Below are positions 51,463-51,522 of a stretch of DNA of 51,522 nucleotides, in pieces (the first letter of the stretch is position 1; the number at the start of each line of letters is the position of its first letter). The DNA is taken from contig CAZADL010000002.1 in assembly GCA_964483915.1 (NCBI GenBank), positions 1 to 51,522 on the forward strand, written 5' to 3'. The notes below the pieces were generated by a model. That model was given only the letters and a program-made list of their open reading frames with translations. It was not told where the DNA came from and ran no database searches. Made by a program: the position numbers and the translations under genes. Source of the DNA: an uncultured Candidatus Saccharibacteria bacterium (GTDB taxonomy: Bacteria > Patescibacteriota > Minisyncoccia > UBA6257 > 2-01-FULL-56-20).

Positions 51463-51522
51463 AAAATTTTCTATTCAAGAAAAGATCCTTCGGCTAACGC
51501 CTCAGGATGACCGCGCCAAGCG
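51463..51522. repeat. Hairpin repeat (reverse orientation GATCCTTCG...CTCAGGATGAC)
   Basis: The sequence aagatccttcggctaacgcctcaggatgacc belongs to the same family as 50870-50903. Confidence 0.45.

Overview
The window reads as a chromosomal segment of a small-genome, monoderm-type bacterium, probably Candidate Phyla Radiation/Patescibacteria (an inference from gene content). It spans the replication-origin neighbourhood: jag-yidC-rnpA-rpmH on the minus strand, diverging from dnaA-dnaN-hup on the plus strand, with a perfect DnaA box at 24491. Stop-codon usage looks standard, since both TAA and TGA terminate clearly real genes.

The two main accessory blocks are:
- **T4SS-like locus (7165-20983):** a co-directional, type IV secretion-like set of genes. 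It holds a giant secreted Ig/Cys-rich protein, a VirB6/TrbL-like polytopic protein, a PrgI/VirB3-like protein and a VirB4 ATPase split by one in-frame TAA. It also holds a VirB2/TrbC-like pilin with a 14-Cys tail and a TolB-like propeller. No relaxase, coupling protein or VirB11 is present.
- **Type IV pilus operon (37365-44813):** a compact pilB-pilT-pilC-pilin-pilD set plus three minor pilins, with no pilMNOPQ.

The remaining genes are housekeeping: rsmA, comM, a UvrD-like helicase, an ECF sigma pair, tRNA-Arg, cysteine desulfurase, DNA-repair genes, rpsL-rpsG-fusA, tsaD and leuS.

The window is saturated with several families of hairpin (REP/MITE-like) repeats. Some are inserted in frame into leuS, tsaD and the helicase, and two clusters surround small GIY-YIG nuclease genes.

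Other signals:
- a recurrent TGnTAnAAT-N6-ATG geometry that suggests leaderless mRNAs
- a phased palindrome array at 407-524
- a three-hairpin element with complementary loops upstream of rpsL
- a Fic-domain gene remnant
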